Below, piece by piece: positions 40,840 through 51,959 of a DNA stretch of 62,181 bases (positions are counted from its first letter, which is position 1; every line of letters begins with the position of its first letter). The stretch is taken from positions 15,740-77,920 of the forward strand of contig JBJERB010000025.1 of NCBI GenBank assembly GCA_051882055.1. The letters run 5' to 3'. The position numbers were made by a program, and so were the translations under genes. The notes beneath the pieces were generated by a model. The model had not been told where the DNA came from. It ran no database searches and worked only from the letters and a program-made list of their open reading frames with translations. The stretch comes from Oscillospiraceae bacterium. GTDB lineage: Bacteria; Bacillota; Clostridia; Oscillospirales; Ruminococcaceae.

Positions 40840-41130
40840 TTAACTAAAATACATTACACACAACAGAAAAATGACCAACTGACAGACAAATATCAACGGT
40901 ACACCAACAAAAAATTTAACATGCTTTGTTTTATGATGAAACAAATTCATTCCCACCAAAGCTCCTAACGAGCCGCCCACAACGGCAAGTAAAATCAAAG
41001 TGCTTTCAGGCACACGCCACTTATTTTTCACAGCTTTATACTTATCAATACCATACACAGCAAAAGTAATTAAATTAACAGCTACATAAACAAACAGAAG
41101 CGGAAATCTATATTCAATTATAAAATTCAT
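40840..41130 (-). CDS. DUF1294 membrane protein
   Basis: YGIDKYKA, WRVPESTL, GGSLGA, HKTK. Confidence 0.88.
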   Translation of the reverse strand: MNFIIEYRFPLLFVYVAVNLITFAVYGIDKYKAVKNKWRVPESTLILLAVVGGSLGALVGMNLFHHKTKHVKFFVGVPLIFVCQLVIFLLCVMYFS

Positions 41131-41258
41131 TATATCACCTTTTGAAGTATTATAATATAGTAAATTTACAATGAACCTTACATAACAAGAGTACAAATCT
41201 GAATAATATGTACGGGACTGACTTGAATCAGTCCATTATATACAAAGCCAGACTCACA

Positions 41259-44087
41259 TCATTTTTCAAGCATTTTTGCCAAATATTTACCCGTGTAAGA
41301 TTTTTCACATTTAACAATCTGTTCGGGAGTACCTGTCGCAACAATTGTGCCGCCGTTTTGTCCGCCTTCGGGTCCCAAATCAATTATATAATCCGCAGTT
41401 TTTATAACATCAAGGTTATGCTCAATAACAAGCACAGTATTTCCCGAATCCACAAGCTTTTGCAAAACATCTATAAGTTTATGGACGTCGGCTGTATGAA
41501 GTCCGGTCGTAGGTTCATCAAGAATATAAATCGTTCTGCCTGTTGAACGCTTTGAAAGCTCTGTTGCAAGTTTTACACGCTGTGCTTCTCCTCCTGAAAG
41601 AGTTGTTGCAGGCTGTCCGATTTTGATATATCCCAAGCCCACTTCATACAGAGTTTCCAGCTTTCTCTTTATTTTAGGAATATTAGCAAAAAACTCCACT
41701 CCCTCTTCAACGGTCATTTCCAGCACATCATAAATAGATTTACCTTTATATTTTACTTCCAGGGTTTCACGGTTATAACGTCTGCCTTTACAAACCTCAC
41801 AAGGGACATACACATCAGGCAGAAAATGCATTTCAATTTTCAGTATACCGTCACCCTCGCATGCCTCACAGCGTCCGCCTCTGACATTAAAAGAAAATCT
41901 TCCGGAATTATATCCTTTCATTTTTGCCTCGTTAGTAGAAGCAAAAAGATTACGAATATCTGTAAACACTCCTGTATAAGTTGCAGGATTTGACCGAGGA
42001 GTTCTTCCTATAGGCGACTGGTCGATATCAATTACCTTATCAAGATTTTCAATGCCTTTAATTTCTTTAAAATCGCCTGAACGTATTCTCGCACGGTTAA
42101 GCCGATTAGCCAAATCTTTATAAATTATCTCATTCACAAGCGATGACTTTCCGCTGCCTGACACACCGGTTACACAAGTAAAAGTACCAAGAGGTATCTT
42201 TATAGTGACATCTTTAAGGTTATTCTGTTTAGCACCGACAACAGTCAGAAACTCTCCGTTGCCTTTTCTTCTGATATCGGGAACTTCAATCTTTTTCTTA
42301 CCGCTCAGATACTGCCCGGTTACAGACCTTTCACAAGCCTTGATATCGTCAATGGTACCGGCACAGACGATTTCTCCGCCGTGTATGCCTGCTCCGGGAC
42401 CCACATCCACAATATAATCGGCATTATACATAGTATCCTCGTCATGCTCAACAACGATGAGAGTATTCCCCAAATCACGGAGTCTTTTCAGAGTCGCAAT
42501 CAGCTTATCGTTATCACGCTGATGAAGACCGATCGACGGTTCGTCAAGAATATACAGCACACCCATGAGAGATGAGCCAATCTGAGTAGCAAGGCGTATA
42601 CGCTGACTTTCTCCTCCTGACAATGTACCGCTGGAGCGAGAAAGAGTAAGGTATTCAAGTCCGACGCTTTTCAAAAATCCAAGACGTTCTTTTATTTCTT
42701 TTATGATTCTTTCACCGATTAGTCGTTCACGTTGAGTAAGCTTCAATTTATCAAAAAAGTCAAGAGCATCGGTAACGGAAAGATGGGTAAGCTCGCTTAT
42801 ATTAAGTCCTCCCACAGTAACCGAAAGGCTTTCTTTTTTCAAACGCTCCCCCTTACAGGACGGACATTTTTCATCGCTCATATAGCTTTCAATATCCGCC
42901 TTTGAATAATCACTGGTTGACTCTGCATAACGACGTTCAAGATTATTCACAACGCCTTCAAAATCCCCTATATATTCGGCTTTATAGTTGCCTGTTTCCC
43001 GTGTGAGCTTCATTTTTTGTCCCTGTGTTCCATACAGAAAAATATCCAAAGCGTCCGGATCAAGATTTTTCACAGGCTCGTCCAATGAAATACCATAAGT
43101 TTCGGAAATAGCATTATAATACATCATTGCGATTGAACCGTCGTCAAGGTTATTCCAGCCGCTTGCCTTTATAGCTCCCTGCCTGATTGAAAGCTCTTTA
43201 TTGGGGACAATCAGCTTAGGGTCTATTTTTTTGAAAACTCCCAATCCTGTACACTTTTCACACGCACCGAATGGATTATTAAATGAAAACATTCTCGGCG
43301 TAAGCTCTTCTATAGAAATATTATGTTCAGGGCAGGAATAGTTCTGGGAAAAATGAAGTTCCTCTCCGTCTATCACATCGACTGTCAGCAGTCCTCCCGT
43401 CAAACCTGAAACGATCTCTATACTATCGGTCAATCTTGATTTTATATCCGGTTTTACCACGAGTCTGTCGACTACGATTTCTATAGTATGTTTTTTATTC
43501 TTTTCAATCTTTATTTCTTCAGACAAGTCAAAAGTTATACCGTCTATTCTCACACGGACATAGCCGGACTTTCTCGCTTGTTCCAGTTCTTTAACATGCT
43601 CGCCTTTTCTTCCTCTTACAATAGGAGCCAAAAGCTGAATTTTTGTACCCTGAGGCAGTTCAAGGATTTTATCCACTATCTGATCCACAGTCTGCTGTCT
43701 TATCTCTCTTCCGCAGACGGGGCAATGAGGTACTCCGATTCTTGCATAAAGCAGACGGAGATAATCATAAATTTCAGTTACTGTTCCCACAGTTGAGCGT
43801 GGATTTTTCGATGTGGTTTTCTGATCAATGGAAATTGCAGGAGAAAGCCCTGTAATTGAATCCACGTCCGGTTTTTCCATTTGTCCGAGGAACTGTCTTG
43901 CATATGAAGACAGCGATTCCATATATCTTCTTTGTCCGTCGGCAAATATTGTATCAAAAGCCAATGATGACTTTCCCGAACCGGAAAGTCCCGTCATAAC
44001 GATTAACTTATCACGAGGCAGTGTTAAATCAACATTTTTCAGATTATGCTCTCTTGCACCTTTAATTTTTATTTCATTGTTTTGCAT
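41259..44087 (-). CDS. uvrA: Excinuclease ABC subunit A
   Basis: Two GxSGSGKSS Walker A motifs, zinc fingers, LSGGE. Confidence 0.98.
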   Translation of the reverse strand: MQNNEIKIKGAREHNLKNVDLTLPRDKLIVMTGLSGSGKSSLAFDTIFADGQRRYMESLSSYARQFLGQMEKPDVDSITGLSPAISIDQKTTSKNPRSTVGTVTEIYDYLRLLYARIGVPHCPVCGREIRQQTVDQIVDKILELPQGTKIQLLAPIVRGRKGEHVKELEQARKSGYVRVRIDGITFDLSEEIKIEKNKKHTIEIVVDRLVVKPDIKSRLTDSIEIVSGLTGGLLTVDVIDGEELHFSQNYSCPEHNISIEELTPRMFSFNNPFGACEKCTGLGVFKKIDPKLIVPNKELSIRQGAIKASGWNNLDDGSIAMMYYNAISETYGISLDEPVKNLDPDALDIFLYGTQGQKMKLTRETGNYKAEYIGDFEGVVNNLERRYAESTSDYSKADIESYMSDEKCPSCKGERLKKESLSVTVGGLNISELTHLSVTDALDFFDKLKLTQRERLIGERIIKEIKERLGFLKSVGLEYLTLSRSSGTLSGGESQRIRLATQIGSSLMGVLYILDEPSIGLHQRDNDKLIATLKRLRDLGNTLIVVEHDEDTMYNADYIVDVGPGAGIHGGEIVCAGTIDDIKACERSVTGQYLSGKKKIEVPDIRRKGNGEFLTVVGAKQNNLKDVTIKIPLGTFTCVTGVSGSGKSSLVNEIIYKDLANRLNRARIRSGDFKEIKGIENLDKVIDIDQSPIGRTPRSNPATYTGVFTDIRNLFASTNEAKMKGYNSGRFSFNVRGGRCEACEGDGILKIEMHFLPDVYVPCEVCKGRRYNRETLEVKYKGKSIYDVLEMTVEEGVEFFANIPKIKRKLETLYEVGLGYIKIGQPATTLSGGEAQRVKLATELSKRSTGRTIYILDEPTTGLHTADVHKLIDVLQKLVDSGNTVLVIEHNLDVIKTADYIIDLGPEGGQNGGTIVATGTPEQIVKCEKSYTGKYLAKMLEK

Positions 44088-44583
44088 TATTTTGCTCCTT
44101 TAGTTTTTGTAAAAACTCATCCGATTCTTCCCTTGAATTAAATTTTATTACTTTTACGTTCGGATATTCATTCAGCAGATTTTCAATAACGGGACATACT
44201 TCCTCTTTAAAACTTCTGATATAATCAAGAAAATCATCATCTATACTGTCATTCCAAGGCATATCTTCACGTTCTATTCCTACACGCTCCAGTACAGACT
44301 TAATACAAATTTCTGTCGGAATATCAAACCACAGAACGCAGTCGCACTTTTCAAGCCTCATATCCAAAGTACGCTTATAATTGCCGTCTATTATCCACTC
44401 ATTACCTTCCAGTATTTCCGAAAGCCTTTCGTCAAATTCTTCTCTTGAAATGTTTGTCTTGTCGGGTTTATGCCATATCATGTCGAGGTGGAAAAGCGGC
44501 AGGTCTGACACATCACGGAGTTTTCTTGCAAAGGTACTTTTTCCGCTGCCGGGGCAACCGATAACTATTATTTTGTTATACAT
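44074..44583 (-). CDS. FlaR-like / adenylate-kinase-like P-loop protein
   Basis: [23 protein letters not shown]. Confidence 0.85.
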   Translation of the reverse strand: MYNKIIVIGCPGSGKSTFARKLRDVSDLPLFHLDMIWHKPDKTNISREEFDERLSEILEGNEWIIDGNYKRTLDMRLEKCDCVLWFDIPTEICIKSVLERVGIEREDMPWNDSIDDDFLDYIRSFKEEVCPVIENLLNEYPNVKVIKFNSREESDEFLQKLKEQNNAKQ

Positions 44584-46550
44584 TACTTCTCCCCTCTTAG
44601 CTCTGCGATCTTATCACGCAAAAACGCCGCATGTTCAAATTCAAGCATTTTTGCAGCCTCTTTCATCTGCTTGGTCAGTTTATTAACAAGCTCCTCTGTT
44701 TCACGCTTGGAAAGCTTGGTCTTCTGACGAGCTTCATATTCAACCTCTTCTTTTGTGGAAATCTCAATCACATCACGAATATCTTTCTTAATTGTCTTGG
44801 GCACGATGCCATGTTCTTCATTAAATTTCATCTGAAGCTCTCGGCGACGCTCGGTTTCGGTAATTGCAAGCTCCATGGAACGTGTAACAGTATCAGCATA
44901 CATGATAACCTTACCCTCAGCGTTTCGTGCAGCACGTCCTATTGTCTGGATCAGTGAGCTTTCAGAACGCAAGAAGCCTTCCTTATCGGCATCAAGTATG
45001 GCAACCAGCGACACTTCGGGCAAATCCAGACCCTCACGAAGCAGGTTTATTCCCACAAGAACATCAAATTCCCCAAGACGCAGATCACGGATTATTTCCA
45101 TACGCTCGATAGTATCAATATCGTGATGCATATATCTTACGGCAATGCCGAATCCTTTAAGATAAGAGGTTAAATCTTCAGCCATTTTCTTTGTCAGGGT
45201 TGTTACAAGTACGCGTTCTTTTTTCTCGATTCTTAAATTAATTTCAGACAGCAGATCTTCGATCTGACCCTCAGTTGGTCGAACAGAAATTTCGGGGTCA
45301 AGCAGTCCGGTGGGACGTATAAGCTGTTCAACAATCTGCTGAGATTTTTCTTTTTCAATAGGTCCGGGAGTAGCAGATACAAAGACAGCCTGATTTATAT
45401 GCTGATAAAACTCATCAAAAGTAAGGGGTCTGTTATCAAGTGCAGACGGCAGACGAAAACCGTATTCGATCAATGTTTCTTTTCTTGCCCTATCCCCCGC
45501 ATACATTCCCCTTACCTGTGGAAGTGACACATGGGATTCGTCCACAATCAGCAGAAAATCATCGGGCAAATGGTCAAGTAGCGTATACGGAACTGCACCT
45601 TTAGGACGTCTTGCCAGCACTCTTGAATAATTCTCAATTCCTGAGCAGAATCCCACCTCTTCAAGCATTTCCATATCATAATTAGTACGCTGAGCAATTC
45701 TCTGAGCCTCTATAAGCATATCCCTTTCTTTGAAATATTTTATACGCTCATCAAGCTCTTCTTTTATCTCTTCTATGGCGTCACGCATTTTATCTTTTCC
45801 TACAATATAGTGACTTGCAGGGAAAACGGCTGCATGATTTAAGAATCTCAGAACTTCTCCCGTAACAACGTTTATCTCGCTTATACGTTCGATTTCATCG
45901 CCGAAAAATTCCACTCTCAAAGCCGTATCTGTAGAATTTGCAGGATATATTTCCACAACATCGCCACGGACACGGAATTTATTTCTTGTAAAATTAACAT
46001 CGTTACGCTCATACTGGATACCCACAAGCTGGGCTACCAGCACTTCTCTTGATTTTTCCATTCCCTTTCTTATGGAAACTACCATGGATTTATATTCTTC
46101 AGGGTCACCGAGAGAATATATACAGGAAACAGAAGCAACAATAATAACATCTCTGCGTTCAGCGATCGCCGTTGTTGCAGAGTGGCGGAGCTTATCAATT
46201 TCATCGTTTACCGAAGAATCCTTTTCGATATATACGTCTTTACTGGGAACATACGCTTCGGGCTGATAATAGTCATAATAAGACACAAAATATTCCACTG
46301 CGTTTTCAGGAAAAAATTCTTTAAACTCAGAACAAAGCTGTGCTGCCAATATTTTATTATGAGCAAGAACCAACGTAGGACGGTTTACCCTTTCAATCAC
46401 ATTTGCCATTGTAAATGTCTTACCTGAGCCTGTAACGCCCAGCAGGATCTGCTCTTTCATTCCTTTATTTATTCCATCCACCAGTTTATCTACAGCCTGG
46501 GGCTGATCACCGGCAAGTTTATATTCCGAAACTAATTTAAATCTATCCAT
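44583..46550 (-). CDS. uvrB: Excinuclease ABC subunit B
   Basis: [25 protein letters not shown]-terminal UVR domain. Confidence 0.98.
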   Translation of the reverse strand: MDRFKLVSEYKLAGDQPQAVDKLVDGINKGMKEQILLGVTGSGKTFTMANVIERVNRPTLVLAHNKILAAQLCSEFKEFFPENAVEYFVSYYDYYQPEAYVPSKDVYIEKDSSVNDEIDKLRHSATTAIAERRDVIIVASVSCIYSLGDPEEYKSMVVSIRKGMEKSREVLVAQLVGIQYERNDVNFTRNKFRVRGDVVEIYPANSTDTALRVEFFGDEIERISEINVVTGEVLRFLNHAAVFPASHYIVGKDKMRDAIEEIKEELDERIKYFKERDMLIEAQRIAQRTNYDMEMLEEVGFCSGIENYSRVLARRPKGAVPYTLLDHLPDDFLLIVDESHVSLPQVRGMYAGDRARKETLIEYGFRLPSALDNRPLTFDEFYQHINQAVFVSATPGPIEKEKSQQIVEQLIRPTGLLDPEISVRPTEGQIEDLLSEINLRIEKKERVLVTTLTKKMAEDLTSYLKGFGIAVRYMHHDIDTIERMEIIRDLRLGEFDVLVGINLLREGLDLPEVSLVAILDADKEGFLRSESSLIQTIGRAARNAEGKVIMYADTVTRSMELAITETERRRELQMKFNEEHGIVPKTIKKDIRDVIEISTKEEVEYEARQKTKLSKRETEELVNKLTKQMKEAAKMLEFEHAAFLRDKIAELRGEK

Positions 46551-46571
46551 ACTGCCTCCATTATGCAAAAG

Positions 46572-46585
46572 CGAACTAATGTTTG
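46572..46585. promoter_or_regulatory. LexA (Firmicute SOS/Cheo) box
   Basis: CGAAC-TAAT-GTTTG, just downstream of a minus-strand promoter TTTACA-17-TATAAT (46619-46591). Confidence 0.85.
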
Positions 46586-46752
46586 ATTATATTATACTAT
46601 AAATTATTTTAAATGTAAAGCACTTTTAAAGATTTTTTTATTAGACTATGCACTTGTATTATATGTATTTATACTGTATAATTAAGATATAGTAACAACA
46701 ATTACGCATTATAAAAATTTTATTAGTTTTTTAAAAAATATGAGGATTTACA

Positions 46753-47712
46753 ATGAGAGAATTTATAATTAACAGAAACGACGCAGGGCAACGAGTAGAC
46801 AAATTTATTACAAAAGCTATACCACTGCTTCCGAAAAATCTTCTTTACAAATACATCAGGCTTAAGAGAATCAAGTTAAACGGTAAACGCTGTGAAATAT
46901 CCACCCGTCTTAAAGAGGGTGATGTTATGCAATTATACATTAACGATGAATTTTTCGGTAACAGCAGCGAGGCTCACTCTTTTTTAAAAGCACCTGTCTC
47001 CTTAAATATTGTTTACGAGGACAATAATATTATGCTTTTGGACAAGAAGTGCGGTCTTGTTGTTCACGAAGACGAGAGTGGCAAGCCGGACACCTTGATA
47101 AACAGAGTTCTGCATTATTTATATGAAAAGGGTGAATACAACCCCGACAATGAAAATTCCTTTACACCTGCATTATGTAACAGGATTGACAGAAACACCG
47201 GAGGAATTGTAATTTGTGCAAAAAACGCCGAGAGTCTGAGAATACTAAATCAAAAAATCAAAGACAGAGAAATTCACAAGAAATACTTATGCATTACTGT
47301 TGGGATACCCCTAAAAAGTCATGATGTTCTTACCGCTTATCATCAAAAAAACGAGCAGACTAAAGTAGTTAAAATATCTTCACACAAGACAAATGAGAAT
47401 AAAACCATGATAACCGAATACAACGTTATCAAAGTTAACCGAGAAAACAATCTTGCTTTATTGGAAGTCAATCTCATTACCGGAAGGACTCATCAAATAA
47501 GAGCTCACATGGCTCACATAGGTTATCCGCTTCTGGGAGACGGAAAATACGGCATAAACAAAATCAATCGAAGTTTTAACATAAAAACCCAGGCTCTTTA
47601 TTCATACAAAATTTCTTTTGATTTTACCACCGAATCAGGCTGCCTTGAGTATCTAAGCGGAAAGCAATTTGCTGTTAAAGACGTATGGTTTGTAAACGAG
47701 TTTTTTGGATAA
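46753..47712 (+). CDS. RluA family pseudouridine synthase (RluC-like)
   Basis: S4 domain, NRIDRNTGG, TGRTHQIR, GDGKYG. Confidence 0.92.
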   Translation: MREFIINRNDAGQRVDKFITKAIPLLPKNLLYKYIRLKRIKLNGKRCEISTRLKEGDVMQLYINDEFFGNSSEAHSFLKAPVSLNIVYEDNNIMLLDKKCGLVVHEDESGKPDTLINRVLHYLYEKGEYNPDNENSFTPALCNRIDRNTGGIVICAKNAESLRILNQKIKDREIHKKYLCITVGIPLKSHDVLTAYHQKNEQTKVVKISSHKTNENKTMITEYNVIKVNRENNLALLEVNLITGRTHQIRAHMAHIGYPLLGDGKYGINKINRSFNIKTQALYSYKISFDFTTESGCLEYLSGKQFAVKDVWFVNEFFG

Positions 47713-47850
47713 TTTGAAATACTTGCAATTATACCGCAAATATGTTATAATAGTCTCAGCCCGGACGAGGCAATACACGATATAAGTTTATGATATCTAA
47801 AAGCAATGACCACAATATGTAAAGTATTTGTTTGAAAGGATATATTTGAA

Positions 47851-48711
47851 ATGATTGGCGATTTACACTGTCACACAACACTTTCTGACGGTTCTCTTGG
47901 AATTGAAGAAGTTATTTCACAGGCAAAACGCATGGAGCTTGACTGCCTTGCTATCACTGACCATGATACACTCTCTTCTTCCAACAGAGCAAAGATTCTG
48001 GGAGAAAGATACGGAGTTAAAATTATACCGGCTGTTGAATTGTCTGCTTGGGACAAAAAAAGAAACAGAAAAGTACATATTCTTTGTTACGCTCCCCAGA
48101 AGCCCGAGAGACTTGAAGGGCTATGTCTGAAATCCTGCGAAATCAGAAAAGAATGTGCCAAAGAAATGATAACAAAAGTTATGGAAAGATATCCTATACC
48201 CATTGACGCAGTCAGAATGTATACAAAAGGCTGCAAGAGCATTTATAAACAGCACATAATGCGTGCATTAGTAAATTACGGTTATGCTACGGAACTATAC
48301 GGTGAGATAAACCACAAACTTTTTGGATATCCTGATGGAGAATGTCTTGTAACAAGAGAATATCCGGACGTTAATTTTGTATTGGATTTAATTCATTCCT
48401 CTAAAGGCATTGCGGTTATGGCTCACCCATACTTATATGACAATATTGATTTACTAAAAGAACTAATCGACATAGGTAAAATAGACGGAATCGAAGTCAA
48501 TCACTTCTCTGCCAACGACAAACAAAAAGCAGAGCTTACAATGCTTGCAAATGAAAATGATCTTATTATCACAGGAGGTTCTGATTTCCACGGTTTATAC
48601 AATTCAACGATAACATATATCGGAAGTCACACAACCGACGAAAAAAATCTTGACAAACTTTTTAAGCTTATTCATACCAATTCTCAGAAAGCAGCCAAGG
48701 TTCATGTTTAA
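47851..48711 (+). CDS. PHP domain phosphoesterase
   Basis: DLHCHTTLSDG, TDHD, AHP, GGSDFHG. Confidence 0.92.
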   Translation: MIGDLHCHTTLSDGSLGIEEVISQAKRMELDCLAITDHDTLSSSNRAKILGERYGVKIIPAVELSAWDKKRNRKVHILCYAPQKPERLEGLCLKSCEIRKECAKEMITKVMERYPIPIDAVRMYTKGCKSIYKQHIMRALVNYGYATELYGEINHKLFGYPDGECLVTREYPDVNFVLDLIHSSKGIAVMAHPYLYDNIDLLKELIDIGKIDGIEVNHFSANDKQKAELTMLANENDLIITGGSDFHGLYNSTITYIGSHTTDEKNLDKLFKLIHTNSQKAAKVHV

Positions 48712-48756
48712 ATCACATTTTTTTACATACAATATTCATTGAAAGGTTATGATAAA

Positions 48757-49002
48757 ATGAAGCAGATTAATTATAAAACTCACGGAATATGCTCAAGAGA
48801 AATTATAATTGATGTCGACGGTGAAATAGTAAAGAACGTAAGATTTATCGGTGGCTGCAACGGCAACACAAAAGGGATTTCAAATCTTGTTGTGGGGATG
48901 AAGGTTGATGATGTAATAAGCAGGCTTAAAAACATAGACTGCAACGGAAAAGGTACTTCATGTCCTGCACAGCTCGCTGAAGCACTTGAGCAAATTAAAT
49001 AA
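48757..49002 (+). CDS. TSCPD-domain protein (TIGR03905-like)
   Basis: GICS, GGCNGN, GTSCPAQL. Confidence 0.88.
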   Translation: MKQINYKTHGICSREIIIDVDGEIVKNVRFIGGCNGNTKGISNLVVGMKVDDVISRLKNIDCNGKGTSCPAQLAEALEQIK

Positions 49003-49412
49003 AGCTAATAATCAACAATTTTTTTGCGGCTTATGCCGCATTTTTTGTCTTATAACTTATGACTGATATTCCCCCTAAAGTGGCGGAGATTATAGACTTT
49101 CATTTTTACAACCTCAATAAATTATAGATTTATTGAACTGACATTCTCCAACTGAAATCCTCTAAGAGCTAAAGTCCTCGGTCAATCGCCCCATGACTAT
49201 GTCAAATCTGTGACTTGACATTGATTTGACCTTAATGAATATTAAAACTTACTTGTAAATTTATATATTTTTTTATCAAAAACATACTTTAAATGTTGAA
49301 ATTACAAGATTAACGTGTTATAATTGTTTTAATAGGTTGATATACAATTTTTGTTAGCCATTTAAATACAAACGGAATAAAATCCGTAAGCAAAATTTAA
49401 GGAAAAATCAAT

Positions 49413-50390
49413 ATGAAAGAATTTATAATACCTATAGCTTCGGGAATAGCAATCGGTTGCTTAATTGGGGTAATAGCAACTTCTATGCTGAAAATAAACC
49501 CAAACCCCAAATTTAACGGTGCGGCGACGGTTAAGGCTGTTGCCGTTAATGCAGTTATTAACAGCTCAGCCCCGGATTCTTACGAATCATCAGTATTGGA
49601 TAACACAAGCAGTCTGTCTGATTCCCATATTTCATCAATCCAAGAATCATCAAATTCAGATAATTCATCGGAAACGTCAAGTGTCAAATCTGATTTTTCT
49701 ACCGTTGACAGCTCATCGGTTTTGGACGGAAGCAAGATCGGTTCAAGCAAACCCACAGGAGAAAAAACGGTATATCTCACTTTTGACGACGGACCTTCTA
49801 AACTAACCCCAAAGATTCTCGAAATCCTTGACAAATATGATGTTAAAGCCACTTTCTTTGTGACCGGCTTTGATAAAAGCTCTGCAAAATATATTAAAAT
49901 TGCACATGACAAAGGTCATACAATAGGACTTCACACCTATTCTCATAATTACGCTTCCGTTTATTCATCACCTGAAGCGTACTACAAGGATCTTAACAAG
50001 ATTGCCAACCTTTGCAAGAGCCAGATCGGATATATTCCGCATTACATTCGATTTCCGGGAGGAAGCTCCAACACAGTCTCAAAGCAATATTACAAAGGAA
50101 TAATGACCTATCTTTCCAAAGACGTGCTGAAAAAAGGTTACCAATATTATGACTGGAACAGTGCCAACGGTGATGCAATGGGAGGAAAACCCACTGCAAA
50201 CGAGCTTTATAAAAATGCCGTTTCTTCTGTGGGAAACACTGATATAGTTATGCTTTGTCATGATTCTGCCGACAAGCAGAACACAGTAAAATCCCTACCC
50301 AAGATTATAGAGTATTATAAATCCAAGGATTATACTTTTAAAGCTATTGATGACAAAACGTACACTGCACATCACAGAACAAACAATTAG
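49413..50390 (+). CDS. Membrane-anchored polysaccharide (peptidoglycan) deacetylase, CE4
   Basis: N-terminal TM, Ser-rich linker, TFDDGP, HTYSH, RFPGG, LCHD. Confidence 0.92.
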   Translation: MKEFIIPIASGIAIGCLIGVIATSMLKINPNPKFNGAATVKAVAVNAVINSSAPDSYESSVLDNTSSLSDSHISSIQESSNSDNSSETSSVKSDFSTVDSSSVLDGSKIGSSKPTGEKTVYLTFDDGPSKLTPKILEILDKYDVKATFFVTGFDKSSAKYIKIAHDKGHTIGLHTYSHNYASVYSSPEAYYKDLNKIANLCKSQIGYIPHYIRFPGGSSNTVSKQYYKGIMTYLSKDVLKKGYQYYDWNSANGDAMGGKPTANELYKNAVSSVGNTDIVMLCHDSADKQNTVKSLPKIIEYYKSKDYTFKAIDDKTYTAHHRTNN

Positions 50391-50463
50391 TTTTTATTTA
50401 CAAAACACAAACGTCCCGCTCCGAAAAATCGGAACGGGACATTTTTATTGCTCTGTTATTAAA

Positions 50464-51948
50464 TCAAAGATTTGTATAACCCATAAGACTTTCGTCAACT
50501 TCTTTTGCAACATCTCTGCCTTCACGTATAGCCCATACAACAAGGGACTGTCCCCTTCTCATATCGCCTGCCGCAAAAACATTTTCTATATTTGTTTTAT
50601 GAAGCCCATCTTCAGTAGCAACATTAGTTCTTCCATCAACATTAACACCAAATGCTTTTGTTACATAATCCTGGCTTCCCAAAAATCCGGCTGCGATAAG
50701 AACCAAATCAACATCAACTTTATATTCGCTGCCCTCGATTTCTTTCATTACCAGTCTGCCTGTTTTCGGGTCTGTTTCAGGATTCAGCTTTACAAGAACT
50801 GCTCCAATAACATTACCTTTTTTATCTTTCAGAAATTCTTTTACAGTAGTTTTATATACTCTTGGATCTTTTCCGAAAACACCGATAGCTTCTTCCTGAC
50901 CATAGTCAGTCTTACAAACTCTCGGCCACTGAGGCCATGGATTATCGCTTGCTCTTTCATCCGGAAGCTTTGGCATCATTTCAAGCTGAAGCACAGATTT
51001 TGCACCATGTCTTATACTTGTACCTACACAGTCATTTCCTGTATCTCCTCCCCCGATAACCATAACATTTTTGCCTTTGGCTGAAATGTGATTCTTATCG
51101 GTCAGACCTCCGTCAAGAAGTGCTTTTGTTGTTGATTTCAGGAAATCAACGGCAAAGTAGATCCCCTCGGCATCTCTTCCTTTTGCTTTAATGTCTCTCG
51201 GATTTGAAGCACCGCAGGCAAGTATAACTCTGTCAAAATCCTGTAGAATCTTTGAAGCCTTAATATCTTTTCCAACATTAATGCCGCACTTAAATTCTAC
51301 GCCTTCTTCTTTCATAATATCAATCTTACGGTCGATAATATGTTTCTCAAGCTTCATATTCGGAATACCGTACATAAGCAATCCGCCCGGACGGTCTTCC
51401 CTTTCAAAAACCGTTACACTATGACCACGCTGATTAAGCTGATCTGCCGCAGCAAGTCCCGAAGGACCTGAACCGATAACGGCAATTTTCTTTCCGGTTC
51501 TGACTTTAGGAATATTAGGTCCGCAATATCCGTTATCATATGCATTTTCAATGATTCCGAATTCGTTTGCTTTTGTTGTTACAGCATTGCCGTTTGCCCC
51601 ACAGGTACATGCAGCTTCGCAAAGTGCAGGACAAACTCTTGAAGTAAATTCAGGGAAATTATTAGTCATATGAAGTCTGTAATATGCCTGTTCCCAATTA
51701 CCCTTATATATAAGATCGTTCCATTCGGGAATAAGGTTATTAAGCGGACAGCCTGAAAAAGCATTACCTATTTTCATGCCTGCCTGGCAGAAAGGCACAC
51801 CGCATTCCATACATCTTGCACCCTGCTCAGCCTGTTCCTCCTTTGAAAGAGGAATATGAAACTCATTAAAATCCTTTATACGCTCTTTTACAGGAAGAGC
51901 TTCTGCGTCTTTACGCTCATAATCCAAAAATCCTGTTGGCTTTCCCAT
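50464..51948 (-). CDS. gltD: Glutamate synthase small subunit
   Basis: MGKPTGF, RCMECGVPFC, GGGDTGNDC, GQSLVVWAIREGR. Confidence 0.97.
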   Translation of the reverse strand: MGKPTGFLDYERKDAEALPVKERIKDFNEFHIPLSKEEQAEQGARCMECGVPFCQAGMKIGNAFSGCPLNNLIPEWNDLIYKGNWEQAYYRLHMTNNFPEFTSRVCPALCEAACTCGANGNAVTTKANEFGIIENAYDNGYCGPNIPKVRTGKKIAVIGSGPSGLAAADQLNQRGHSVTVFEREDRPGGLLMYGIPNMKLEKHIIDRKIDIMKEEGVEFKCGINVGKDIKASKILQDFDRVILACGASNPRDIKAKGRDAEGIYFAVDFLKSTTKALLDGGLTDKNHISAKGKNVMVIGGGDTGNDCVGTSIRHGAKSVLQLEMMPKLPDERASDNPWPQWPRVCKTDYGQEEAIGVFGKDPRVYKTTVKEFLKDKKGNVIGAVLVKLNPETDPKTGRLVMKEIEGSEYKVDVDLVLIAAGFLGSQDYVTKAFGVNVDGRTNVATEDGLHKTNIENVFAAGDMRRGQSLVVWAIREGRDVAKEVDESLMGYTNL

Positions 51949-51959
51949 TTCTATCCCTC

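Noticed and set aside
49560-49750. Ser-rich low-complexity stretch in the deacetylase
   Set aside because: An ordinary linker of membrane-anchored CE4 enzymes.
50347-51084. 245-aa plus-strand ORF
   Set aside because: Antisense shadow of gltD with no recognisable motifs.
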